From NCBI GenBank assembly GCA_947571115.1, contig CANOWW010000008.1, positions 7,023 to 71,022 on the forward strand: a stretch of DNA of 64,000 nt, in the 5' to 3' direction. Below the pieces are notes generated by a model that saw only the letters and a list, made by a program, of their open reading frames with translations, did no database searches and was not told the DNA's origin. Below, in pieces: positions 41,282 to 51,164 of the stretch. Numbering within the stretch: the first letter of the stretch is position 1; the number at the start of each line of letters is the position of its first letter. Both the position numbers and the translations under genes were made by a program. Source of the DNA: an uncultured Clostridium sp. GTDB lineage: Bacteria > Bacillota > Clostridia > TANB77 > CAG-508.

Positions 41282-41782
41282 ATGGAGATTAAAAAAAAGA
41301 AAGTCATAAGACTGGTTTTGATAGTTATCTTAATTATCATTATGTTGTTACTTTGGTTGGGGCTTATGAATAGTAAAGGTTCTTTGAGATATAAAAAAAG
41401 AATCAATTCAAGTGAAATGGCAGAAGCATCAAAACCAGTTTTTGTTGTAGATGGTAATAGTAATATAAAAATTGATGGAATTGAAGATACAGTTTATAAA
41501 TTTAGTGTAAAAAACTATGATAAAACAGGAAAAAGTAATATTGATTTGAGATATTCTATCCAAATTGTGAATAATTCACAAGTGGATCTGGATTTTATAC
41601 TGACTAATGAGGAAGGGCTAGTTAATTTAAACAATAATAAAACAGGCTTAATCTTATTATCAAGTTCAAAAAAGCAAAGTGATGAATATCAGCTAAAAAT
41701 TAAGTACAAAAACAATCCTGCAATAACGTCTGACATTGATGGCAATATACAAATAAAGGTTGAGACCACAGAAGAAAGATGA
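41282..41782 (+). CDS. SipW-operon secreted/fibre subunit-like protein
   Basis: N-terminal hydrophobic helix; F.V.NYD....Y.I motif shared with 42748. Confidence 0.6.
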   Translation: MEIKKKKVIRLVLIVILIIIMLLLWLGLMNSKGSLRYKKRINSSEMAEASKPVFVVDGNSNIKIDGIEDTVYKFSVKNYDKTGKSNIDLRYSIQIVNNSQVDLDFILTNEEGLVNLNNNKTGLILLSSSKKQSDEYQLKIKYKNNPAITSDIDGNIQIKVETTEER

Positions 41783-41796
41783 AGGAGGGTTGAAAT

Positions 41797-42711
41797 ATGA
41801 AAAATGATAAAGAAAAAGAGTATTATGGGATTTATTTTAATGATGATATTCCCAAACTTGATAAAGTTAATAAATATAGAAAAGAAGTTCAAATTAAATT
41901 TGAAGGACGAGTTTTTTTAATTGAAAGAGATGAAAATGATAAAGTTGTTGAACGAACAGAGCTAGAAAATAATTACAAATTTAAAAAAGAAAGAGAGTAT
42001 GAAATTGAATTTATCAATTATATAGATAAAACATATCATTTAGAATTAAAAATACAATTATCTTATTGGTTTATTTTTCTACTATTATTTTTTGTAGGCT
42101 TTATCATTGGTATGGTATTGTGTAAACCAAAGGCAATGAATAATTTATCTCTGGATAATTTTTATAGTTTTATTGATTTAGCAGTGCTTCAATTGGACAT
42201 GGATAAGAATGAATTAAATGTTAAACCAATTGGAAAAGAAGATACGAAAGAGGAACAAAAAAAGTACAATTTTGATGTGGAATTCAATCACATTGCATCT
42301 AATGATATAAATTTGACAGATACAATATCAGCAGAAAGTGTTGTAAAGAATAAAATTGCTCCAGGTATTGGTGGTAGTTTTTCTATTATAATGAACGCTA
42401 AAAAAAGTTCGGTAGATATGAGTTATTATGTGAAATTTGAAGATATAGTCAAAGAAAAACCAACTAATTTGAATTTCCAAGTTCGAGGTTCAGAAAAATC
42501 TTATTCTATGCTACAAGAACTTGAAAAAGAGCTAAAAGGTAAATTAAACAAAAATTCAAAGGAAGAAATAATCATTGATTGGCAGTGGAAATATGAAACA
42601 GGCGAGGACAAAAATTCTATCAATGAAAATGATTTATTAGATACAAGTGAAGGAAAATATTTAGAGAGTTATAAATTTAAAATTATAGTTGAAGGTGAGG
42701 AATCAGAATAG
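41797..42711 (+). CDS. Membrane-anchored paralog of the TasA-like subunit
   Basis: Central TM helix; KIAPGIGGSF..PTNL.F..WQWKYETG..ND..DT as in 40236. Confidence 0.65.
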   Translation: MKNDKEKEYYGIYFNDDIPKLDKVNKYRKEVQIKFEGRVFLIERDENDKVVERTELENNYKFKKEREYEIEFINYIDKTYHLELKIQLSYWFIFLLLFFVGFIIGMVLCKPKAMNNLSLDNFYSFIDLAVLQLDMDKNELNVKPIGKEDTKEEQKKYNFDVEFNHIASNDINLTDTISAESVVKNKIAPGIGGSFSIIMNAKKSSVDMSYYVKFEDIVKEKPTNLNFQVRGSEKSYSMLQELEKELKGKLNKNSKEEIIIDWQWKYETGEDKNSINENDLLDTSEGKYLESYKFKIIVEGEESE

Positions 42712-42747
42712 TTTTCCACTTTTTTATTTTATGGAAGGGAGAAGGTC

Positions 42748-43305
42748 ATGAAAGAAAATGTAAAGAAATTTTTATTGATTTTTATAATAGGGTTATTGAT
42801 ATTATGTGGTGTTATATATATTAGTTATGCTGCCTATAAAACAAATGTGAGTGGAAATTCTATAACAGAAATAGCAACACCCAAGATAAGAATTATATCC
42901 GAAAATAACTATAATGAAAATGATGATGAATATGCAAATACTGCAACAACTCATATAAAAGAATTAGATAATACAAGTGTATATTCAAATCAATTTAAAG
43001 TAGTTAATTATGATGAACAAAATTATGTAACAGAAGTAGGAATGAATTACAAATTAAAATTAAGCTATACAGATAAGTTAGCTCCAATAGATGTAAAATT
43101 ATACAAAATTGAAAATGATGGCACAGAAAAAGAAGTTGTTTTAAATGAGAAACTTGAAACGACTGATTTTTTTGAATTTATTGCAAATAAAAAAGAGGAG
43201 CAAAATTATAGGGTAGAATTAAATTTCAATTTATCTTCTGGAAAAATGGAAAAAAATGTTGATGTTAAGGTTGATGTCATTGCTACACAGGTATCACCGA
43301 CATGA
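42748..43305 (+). CDS. SipW-operon secreted subunit-like protein
   Basis: Signal ending SYAAY; FKVVNYD..EVGMNYKL. Confidence 0.6.
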   Translation: MKENVKKFLLIFIIGLLILCGVIYISYAAYKTNVSGNSITEIATPKIRIISENNYNENDDEYANTATTHIKELDNTSVYSNQFKVVNYDEQNYVTEVGMNYKLKLSYTDKLAPIDVKLYKIENDGTEKEVVLNEKLETTDFFEFIANKKEEQNYRVELNFNLSSGKMEKNVDVKVDVIATQVSPT

Positions 43306-44699
43306 CAGGAAAGGAGAAAAATTATAATATGAAAAAACTAAAAAAGAGATATCTAATTGTAATAATAATGTGTATGATTTTACTGTTAATTGGAATTACA
43401 TATAAGATATATGCAAAATACGTTTTATCAGAAAATATAATTGCATTTCATATTGATAAATTAATGGAAGATAAAGTAAAACCAACAATTGATGCAATTG
43501 ATCCAGACAATAACGATACGTCTTTAACTGATGAAGAACATTATACCAATAAAAATACTACGATAGATTATGAGGATAATATTAAAGTTGAAACAGCAAA
43601 ATACTGGTATAATAAAGATGAAAAAGAATTTTATGGTGAAGGAAACAACTTTGAATCAGGAACAACTTTTGTAGATGAAGGATGGTATAAAATTGAAGTG
43701 GTTGATATTTTTGAAAACAGAAATACAGTTATCCTACTAATTGATAAAACTGCTCCTACAATAAATGCAGATGCAATTAATATTTCAGATGAAACAAAAA
43801 ATAGAAGCACGTCAAGCTCAATTGATAGTAGCGAGTTTAAAATGTGGTTTAACAGTGATGTTAATTTATCAGAATATGACAAATATGGAATTCAATACAC
43901 TTGCTATAAAGTAAATGAAAACGAGCCAATGTTCAATTCTGTTTTTGCAGAAAAAAGAGATATTGGCAAAGGAGCAATTGATGTCTGGAATTTGACAACA
44001 AAAAATTATTATTTTATTACAGCAACAGACCTTTGTAGCAATAAGTCTGCATTAGTAATTGCGATAGATAAAATTAAACCTAATATTTTGACACTATCAA
44101 CAAATTACGCAGAATCTAATGAGGACATTACAATTAAATATAATGATGATTTTTCAGGAATAAAATCTGCTAAGTATTCTTTTGATGTAAATGCAGATAG
44201 TTTTACTACATATGCAGATATAACGAATGATACCATTTTATCAGATAATGGTTATTATCGCTTTATATTAGAAGATATTGCCGGAAACGTTAATGAATAT
44301 ACAGTGGCAATAGATAAGTTATCGCCAGTAATAAGTTTAAAACCAGACGAAAAAGAAGTAGAAATTTATGCTAATACTACGAATGATACAATTAAGGAAA
44401 CAACAGACATAACTTTAACAACAAGTGATAATTTTGCAATAGATTATAACGAATATTGGTATAATCCAAATTCAGATTCATTTGATGGTAATGGAACAAA
44501 ATTTGACAATGGAAAGAAATTGACTGATGAGGGGTACTATAAAATTACAAGCCATGATACCTTTGGAAATACTACAACAATTATTGTCTTGTTAGATAAA
44601 ACGCCACCAGAAGTAACAGTAACTTATCATAAAAAAAGAGATATAAGTTTAACTAATACAAGAGATATTTTAAGAAACGGAGGTGTATATAATGGCTAA
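43302..44699 (+). CDS. Secreted protein with tandem Ig-like repeats
   Basis: Signal ending IYAKY; four repeats of DK..P.I...Y...G.Y....D..GN type. Confidence 0.7.
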   Translation: MTGKEKNYNMKKLKKRYLIVIIMCMILLLIGITYKIYAKYVLSENIIAFHIDKLMEDKVKPTIDAIDPDNNDTSLTDEEHYTNKNTTIDYEDNIKVETAKYWYNKDEKEFYGEGNNFESGTTFVDEGWYKIEVVDIFENRNTVILLIDKTAPTINADAINISDETKNRSTSSSIDSSEFKMWFNSDVNLSEYDKYGIQYTCYKVNENEPMFNSVFAEKRDIGKGAIDVWNLTTKNYYFITATDLCSNKSALVIAIDKIKPNILTLSTNYAESNEDITIKYNDDFSGIKSAKYSFDVNADSFTTYADITNDTILSDNGYYRFILEDIAGNVNEYTVAIDKLSPVISLKPDEKEVEIYANTTNDTIKETTDITLTTSDNFAIDYNEYWYNPNSDSFDGNGTKFDNGKKLTDEGYYKITSHDTFGNTTTIIVLLDKTPPEVTVTYHKKRDISLTNTRDILRNGGVYNG

Positions 44700-46953
44700 A
44701 TATAGAATAATTACAATATTCATCTTATTGCTGATTTTATTGCAAACAATTATGCCTTTATGTTATGCAATATCAGAATGCGAAAATATAACAAATGAAG
44801 ATATTGAGATTTTAACAGAAGAAAATAATAATACTAAGAATGAAATAACAGTTAAAGATACAAAGAATAAAACAACCAAAGATGAAACAAAGAAAGCTCT
44901 TAAAACAAAAGATAAAGAAGAAATGAATTCGAGTGAAGACAATAGTGAAACAGTTTTTGAGAATGAAATAGAAAATATAACTGAAGAAAATGCAAATGCA
45001 GGAATTTCGGTTATGTCAGCATCTGGTTTTGGAGTAGGTGCTGGAAATGAAAATGAATTTAGAAATGCGTTTTATAATACAGGTGTTTCAGAATTAACGA
45101 CAAGCCAAGTTATTCGATTAACCTCTTCTTATACAGTCAATCACAATATAAGAATTAATTCATCGTCTACCAGTGGTGAAAATTCAATTCATTTATCTTC
45201 TGGTTGCAATATTGTTGTCCCAAATGGTTGTGTATTGACACTTGATCGGTATAGTAATTGATGGTAGAACTTGGGGAAATGATGATGGAAAAAGTTGTAT
45301 TACAGTTCAAAATGGAGGAGTTCTGATGTTAATTGACCACTCTATTATAGATGGAGGAACAAGAAATTGGGGTATCAATGTAGAACCAGGTGGGCAATTA
45401 TTGATTGTATCAGCCCAAATAAGTTATTGTGATCGTGGTATTGTCTTGCAAGGAAATTCGTATTGTGATTTAGCCTCTGGAACAGCAGTGCAATGGTGGG
45501 GAAACGATGGAAAAGCTGTTGATATTACTCATAATTCAGTAGGAATTTATTGTGGTGGAAATTATAGAGGAACACTTGTGGTAAATCACACAACGCAAAA
45601 TACTGAAAAAATAAACTTTGAAGAAAATAGTTGGGGAATTTTTGCAGAGGCTCATTCAGGTTCAATCAATGTAATTCGTGCTAGAATGGTAAGGAATCGG
45701 ATGGGCAATTTATACGCATGGAAATATGGTAATTAACAATGTGAATGGTGCATTGAATACAAGAGGAATTGTAAACGACCGGTGGAACTGTTAATTTTGA
45801 TAGTGGCAGTTTTTACTCTAGTGCATCAGAATTAAAAGAATACGGAATATACAATAATTCTGGAACAGTTAATGTACGAGGTGGAAATGTTTATAATGAC
45901 AATGTAGGAATTTTTAACGCAGGAACAATAAATATGTCAGCTGGAACAGTAGGCAGTTGTACTACAGGAATTGAAAATTATGGAACAGTGAATTTTACAG
46001 GTGGAACATTATCTGGAGGAACTTATGGTGTGCAAAATAGTGGCAATTATAATATGAATGGAGGACAAATTACCAGCTATCTTACTGGTGTTAGAAATCT
46101 TGCTAATTTTAATATAAGTGGAGGTTCTATCAGCAATAATTCGGTGTATGGAATTGTGAATGAAGCATCAAACACTATTACAGGACAAGTTTATATGACA
46201 GGTGGAAATATAACATCAAATTCAAAGTATGATATTTATCATGGAAAATCAGATACAGATGGAGCAGGTGCAGTTTATGGTGGACTTAGAATCGAAAGAA
46301 ATGATACAGTCAATAGTTCAATACTTTTGGCTGGGTATAACAATTATATATATACTGGTAATAATACGCCACAAATCAACTCCATAACATTAGCAGATGC
46401 ACACTTGGAAAGGTCAATAATAAGATCAGCTGATACAAATAATGCTGAAACAATGCAAAATAGAATTAACGTAAGAAATAAAGGAAGTTTTTATTGTAAA
46501 GCAAATGCCACAAATCATTCAAATCATGTAGTTTTATGGACTAATTATACAGTTACAACCCAATACCAAACAAAAGATGGAAAAACATTAGATGTAACTA
46601 CGAAAACTTATGAATATAAACAGGATTATACAACAGAAGCTAAGACAATAGAAGGATATATTTTGTCAGAAACACCATCAAATGCAAATGGCACGACCAA
46701 TGGAGATATTACCGTAATATATTATTATGAGGATGATTCAAATGTAGCTGTTGTCAATTACAAAGACCTTTTATCAGGTATTATTTCTGCAAAATATTGG
46801 TACAATGAAAATGGTGAAAATTTTAGTGGAAATGGAATGAATTTTGAAGATGGTAAAATCTTTGAAGAATATGGTTTTTATAAGATAGTTGTGACAAATT
46901 CAGTAGGGCTAACCAAAACTGTTACATTTTCTTTAAATAAAGAGAGTATTTAA
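44692..46953 (+). CDS. Beta-helix adhesin with MucBP-like and Ig-like domains; one 752-aa gene if three +1 shifts at CGG (45247, 45698, 45780) are applied
   Basis: Signal peptide; GI.N.GTVN..GG repeats continue across the junctions; Y.T....IEGY..P.NA.G..TVIYYY MucBP-like. Confidence 0.7.
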
Positions 46954-47079
46954 GAAAAATTTTATTAAAAAATTTTAGAAACAGGGGAGGACAAAATCCT
47001 GTTTTCTGATTAAGTAAGTGAAGGGGAAAAACTCTTTCACTTATTTTGTTTTATAAAAGCACATTGAAAATTGAATAAA

Positions 47080-47303
47080 ATTCATTAGATACATAGATAA
47101 CGGAGCTAGTTAATATATGGTTTTAAACTATATAACTTAAATATAAGGTAGCGACTTATAAGGCGAAGATGTTAATAAGATACTTTTGCATAGTCATAGC
47201 ACGAGCGAGATAAAACCGTCGTACGCAATGAGTGTAAGTCATTAGTAATGGCTAGGGAAACATAACCCTAATGGTGCAATTCGCAAATTGCAGTTTAATG
47301 AAT
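47080..47303 (+). ncRNA. Candidate structured ncRNA, copy 2
   Basis: Closing stem ATTCATTAGA/TTTAATGAAT; same invariant cores and compensatory stems as 39866-40094. Confidence 0.7.
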
Positions 47304-47353
47304 AAAATTGCAGTTATTTTAAAGGTAACTATAAAATAGAAGGAGAAAAGTTT

Positions 47354-47482
47354 ATGGATATTGAAATGATTAGATTTACAGGTTTATTATCAATTATGTT
47401 GTTAATCGGCTGGATATTCATTACCATATTTTTTATTATAATTGATAAAAATATGAATAAAAAAGACGAGGAACAAAAATAG
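47354..47482 (+). CDS. 42-aa single-TM peptide (not in ORF track)
   Basis: AAGGAG RBS; MDIEMIRFTGLLSIMLLIGWIFITIFFIIIDKNMNKKDEEQK*. Confidence 0.55.
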   Translation: MDIEMIRFTGLLSIMLLIGWIFITIFFIIIDKNMNKKDEEQK

Positions 47483-47570
47483 AAAACAAATGAAATATAA
47501 GAGTAAAGAAAATATAAACAGAAATATGCTAAGGAACAAGGCTTAGTATAATTTTTATTAGAAGGAGTGA

Positions 47571-47960
47571 ATGAAAATGAATAATGATAATAATAACAAC
47601 AATAAATATTCAACAAAGGAAAATTTAGCATTTATTATTTTTACATATAAAACTATGAATTTTGAAACACGTGATAGTTTTATGGAAATATTGAATGAAC
47701 TCATGGAAAAGCAGCAAAAGAAAGGTGAAATATTGGATAAAGTTGAAAAAGATAAGTTATCTATTTTGACAGATCATTGGGAATTGAATGAAATGCAAGT
47801 ATTGGCATATAGTTTTTTGGTATTTAATCATTTCAAGATTTCTAAAGAGGATGTAACAGTTGAAAAAATAATTGATAATTACAAATATCAGTTAAACTTC
47901 TATTCTCCAGATAATGCGGTAGAATTTGTTGACAGAAAACTTTTATTAGATTGGAGGTAA
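47571..47960 (+). CDS. Hypothetical protein upstream of xis
   Basis: GAAGGAG RBS; 129-aa ORF. Confidence 0.6.
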   Translation: MKMNNDNNNNNKYSTKENLAFIIFTYKTMNFETRDSFMEILNELMEKQQKKGEILDKVEKDKLSILTDHWELNEMQVLAYSFLVFNHFKISKEDVTVEKIIDNYKYQLNFYSPDNAVEFVDRKLLLDWR

Positions 47961-47965
47961 AAATT

Positions 47966-48214
47966 ATGAGTGAAAGAATAATCTATACAGTTCAAGAAGT
48001 AGCAAAAATGTTACATTCAAGTCCAAATTATATATACTTATTAATAGAAAAAGGGTATTTACCTGCAATGAAGTTAGGTAGTATTAAAATATTAAAATCT
48101 ACTTTAGAAAAATTCTTACTAGAGAACGAAGGAAACGACCTTTCTGATATAAATAATATAAAAAAATTAAATAATATTAATACAGTAGGAGAGTTTAATA
48201 ATGGCAAATGTTAA
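47966..48214 (+). CDS. xis: Excisionase (HTH_17)
   Basis: YTVQEVAKMLH....IY.LI..G.LPA.KLG; overlaps integrase start. Confidence 0.85.
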   Translation: MSERIIYTVQEVAKMLHSSPNYIYLLIEKGYLPAMKLGSIKILKSTLEKFLLENEGNDLSDINNIKKLNNINTVGEFNNGKC

Positions 48215-49472
48215 TATAAGAAGAAGAGGAAAGGTATATCAATATCAGTTTGAAGTTGCACCAATTAATGGAAAAAGAAAACAAGTAACTAAATCTGGAT
48301 ATAAAACTAAATTAGAAGCACAAGAAGCTGGAATAAAAGCCTATAATGAATATTTAAGTACTGGATTAGTTTTTAAGGAAAATCAAATTTCTTATTCAGA
48401 TTATTTAGATTATTGGTTAGAAAATTATTGCTGTTTAAATTTAAAATATAATACAATCCAAACATATACAACTATAGTAAATAAATATTTAAAACCCAAT
48501 TTAGGTATGTATAGATTATCATCATTAACAAGTGTAAAGTTAAATTCTTTTATATCGGAAATATGCATGAAATATAGTTTTTCAAGAGCTTACTTTAGTA
48601 ATATATTAAAAGTATTAAAAGGTTCATTTAGAGAAGCATGTGACGTGTATGGATTTATTAAGTATAATCCAACAATTACTTTAAGGTTACCTAAGATAGA
48701 TGAATTTAAGGAAGATATAAAGCATATATACACTCAAGATGAAATTGATAAGATTTTACAAAGATTTAATAATGATGATACATTCACTTGTGCTTTTCTC
48801 ACATCTTGTTATACAGGAATGAGAACAGGGGAAGTGTGTGCTTTAACTTGGAATGATATAGATCTAGTGAATCGAGTCATACACATCAGTCATAATGTTT
48901 ATGATAAAAAGAAGGATGAAAAGGGAAGGTGGTTTTTAGGAACAACAAAAACAGTTACAGGAACAAGAAAAGTACATATAAGTAATACTTTATTTAATGC
49001 ACTAAGAAATTATCAAAAAAAACAATTTTATCTAAAAAATCTTTATGGTAAAGATTATCATTATTATCATCTTGAAGATGTAAAAAATAAATTTGGAAAA
49101 GTAGTTGAGCATAGAATTGTAGAAAATGAAAATAATCTGCTCACAGTAGATACAATAAATTTTGTATTTACAAGGGAAAATGGTATTTATTCAGGAACTG
49201 ATATTACAAAATATCCATATAGTATAGTTCATAATGAATTGGGAATTAAAAAATGCCGTTTTTATGATTTAAGAGGTAGTTATGCTACAAAGAGTTTAAA
49301 GAATGGAGTTGAAATAAGAGATATAGCTGATATTTTAGGACATAAAAATATTGAAACTACAGAGAATTATTATATCTCTAGTTCTAAAGAATCGAGAAAA
49401 GATGCAAATGACATATTTGAAAAGACAACACATTCTGAAATAATAGAAAAAATTTCTAATTATAGATACTAA
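48201..49472 (+). CDS. int: Tyrosine integrase with N-terminal arm-binding domain
   Basis: TGMRTGE, KT, FYDLR, LGH, YY catalytic set; KRKQVTKSGYKTK arm domain. Confidence 0.93.
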   Translation: MANVNIRRRGKVYQYQFEVAPINGKRKQVTKSGYKTKLEAQEAGIKAYNEYLSTGLVFKENQISYSDYLDYWLENYCCLNLKYNTIQTYTTIVNKYLKPNLGMYRLSSLTSVKLNSFISEICMKYSFSRAYFSNILKVLKGSFREACDVYGFIKYNPTITLRLPKIDEFKEDIKHIYTQDEIDKILQRFNNDDTFTCAFLTSCYTGMRTGEVCALTWNDIDLVNRVIHISHNVYDKKKDEKGRWFLGTTKTVTGTRKVHISNTLFNALRNYQKKQFYLKNLYGKDYHYYHLEDVKNKFGKVVEHRIVENENNLLTVDTINFVFTRENGIYSGTDITKYPYSIVHNELGIKKCRFYDLRGSYATKSLKNGVEIRDIADILGHKNIETTENYYISSSKESRKDANDIFEKTTHSEIIEKISNYRY

Positions 49473-49642
49473 TTATATCTCACTTAAATAAAAAAATATA
49501 GAGTAACATTAAATTTTTTTCCAGTGATATGGTAAGAATTAAAAGATATTGATATTTTTTATGCCAGATACTCTACATTTTATTGACATATTTATCTACT
49601 TATTATATAATTAAAAAAATCATATAATAAGTAGATATAAAT

Positions 49643-49668
49643 GTTGACTCTGTCAACACTTTGTCAAC
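49643..49668. repeat. Putative integrase arm-type sites
   Basis: GTTGAC plus TGTCAAC x2, about 130 bp from the att junction. Confidence 0.4.
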
Positions 49669-49796
49669 GGTCATAAAATTACAATAATAAAATTGATACA
49701 ATAAATATTTATAATATTATTTTGGAATTGTATAGTATAAAAGAAAAAATAAATAATATTATAAATATGATAAATGTTCATAATATTGCAACAGTT

Positions 49797-49850
49797 TGTC
49801 CATGTGGAAGTGGGAAGAAATATAAAAATTGTTGTGGGAAAAATCAATAA
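49797..49850 (+). pseudogene. secA: Detached 3' end of secA (SEC-C motif); likely attR
   Basis: Encodes CPCGSGKKYKNCCGKNQ*, directly upstream of prfB as in the usual secA-prfB order. Confidence 0.75.
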
Positions 49851-49856
49851 AAATTT

Positions 49857-49887
49857 AAAGTGTAAGTAAATTTTTACTTGCACTTTT
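49857..49887 (+). terminator. Hairpin after secA remnant
   Basis: AAAGTGTAAGTAAA/TTTACTTGCACTTT. Confidence 0.6.
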
Positions 49888-49953
49888 CATACTCAAAAGA
49901 AGAAATAGAATATTGTACCGAACCAAGAACAAATTTTTAATAGGAGATTTAAG

Positions 49954-51055
49954 ATGCTTGATTTAGAAGAAAATAAAAAATTTCTTTTGGAGTTACAACA
50001 TCGTTTGCAGGAATTGTCAGAGGCTTTGCAAATCGTGAAACTACAAGCTGAGTTGTCAGAACTTGAAAAACAAACGTTAGCAGAAGATTTCTGGGAAGAC
50101 AGCCAGAAGTCTTCTATTGTATATGGAAAAATGAATGTGCTTCAAAAGAAAATTAATTTGTATCAAAGTTTGAAAAGTGAATTCGATAATTTGTTGGAGC
50201 TGAATGAACTTTTGCTACTGGAGCAGGAGGAAGATTTAGCTAAGGATTTAGTAACTAATACAAAAAAGTTAGAAAAAGCTATTGAAAAATTACAAACACA
50301 AACTTTGTTATCTGGTAAATACGATAGCAACAACGCAATGGTTACGATTCATCCCGGCGCAGGTGGCACCGAATCGCAAGATTGGGCGGAAATGTTGTAC
50401 CGCATGTATCAACGTTGGGCAAATGATAACGGTTATACGATGCAAGAATTGGACTATTTGGACGGGGAAGAAGCAGGCTTGAAAAGTGTTACCTTTCTTG
50501 TTTCAGGCGAAAATGCTTATGGCTATTTGAAAAGCGAACACGGCGTGCATCGATTAGTGCGTATTTCGCCATTTGACAGCGGTGGAAGGCGTCATACCTC
50601 TTTTGCCTCAGTGGAAGTTTTGCCAGAAATCGAGGATGATGTCGAGCTTGAAATTAATCCCGACGACCTGCGTATTGATGTTTATCGTTCTTCTGGTGCA
50701 GGCGGTCAGCACATTAATAAAACAAGTTCAGCAATCCGCATTGTTCATATTCCGACCAATATTGTCGTAACTTGTCAGTCTGAACGTTCGCAATTTCAAA
50801 ATCGTGATACCGCTATGCGAATGCTTCGTTCCAAATTAATGGCGCTCAAAGAGCAAGAGGAAAAATCGAAAATGGCTGATATTAAGGGGGCGCAAATGGA
50901 TAATGGCTGGCGGAAGCCAAATTCGTTCCTATGTTTTTTGCCCTTACACCATGGTCAAGGACCACAGAACCAATTACGAAGTAGGGAATGTGCAGTCTGT
51001 TATGGACGGAAATTTGAATGATTTTATGCAAGAATATTTAAAATGGATTTCTTAA
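49954..51055 (+). CDS. prfB: Peptide chain release factor 2; needs +1 shift at CGG 50911-50913
   Basis: SPF and GGQ motifs; +1 frame supplies [24 protein letters not shown]. Confidence 0.93.
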
Positions 51056-51164
51056 AAAGTTGTTTTAGGAGGTAGGACTTCTTGTAAAAGTTTATCATAT
51101 ACTATATTAAAATCGTTTTTAAATTTAGAAATGATTTTTACCAAATAAAAAGAGGTTACAAAGT

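Larger units (their letters stand above)
7600..49850. mobile_element. Integrative element/genomic island; right end at secA 3' remnant, left end uncertain and possibly outside the window
   Basis: xis-int at right end, attR-like secA fragment, ERF/SSB/ArdC/primase/PcfJ/PcfK genes, Tn916 Orf7-like sigma; visibly more AT-rich than flanks. Confidence 0.75.

Noticed and set aside
47577-47605. AAT-rich microsatellite
   Set aside because: Imperfect poly-Asn codons; triplet changes would keep frame, no evidence of phase variation.
49255-49280. Integrase HxxR motif reads YDLR; possible inactive enzyme
   Set aside because: This His is variable among tyrosine recombinases; Arg, Lys, Arg, His and Tyr residues are present.
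50010-50040. Classic prfB CTT-TGA frameshift site
   Set aside because: Sequence reads GAG-GCT-TTG-CAA with no in-frame stop.
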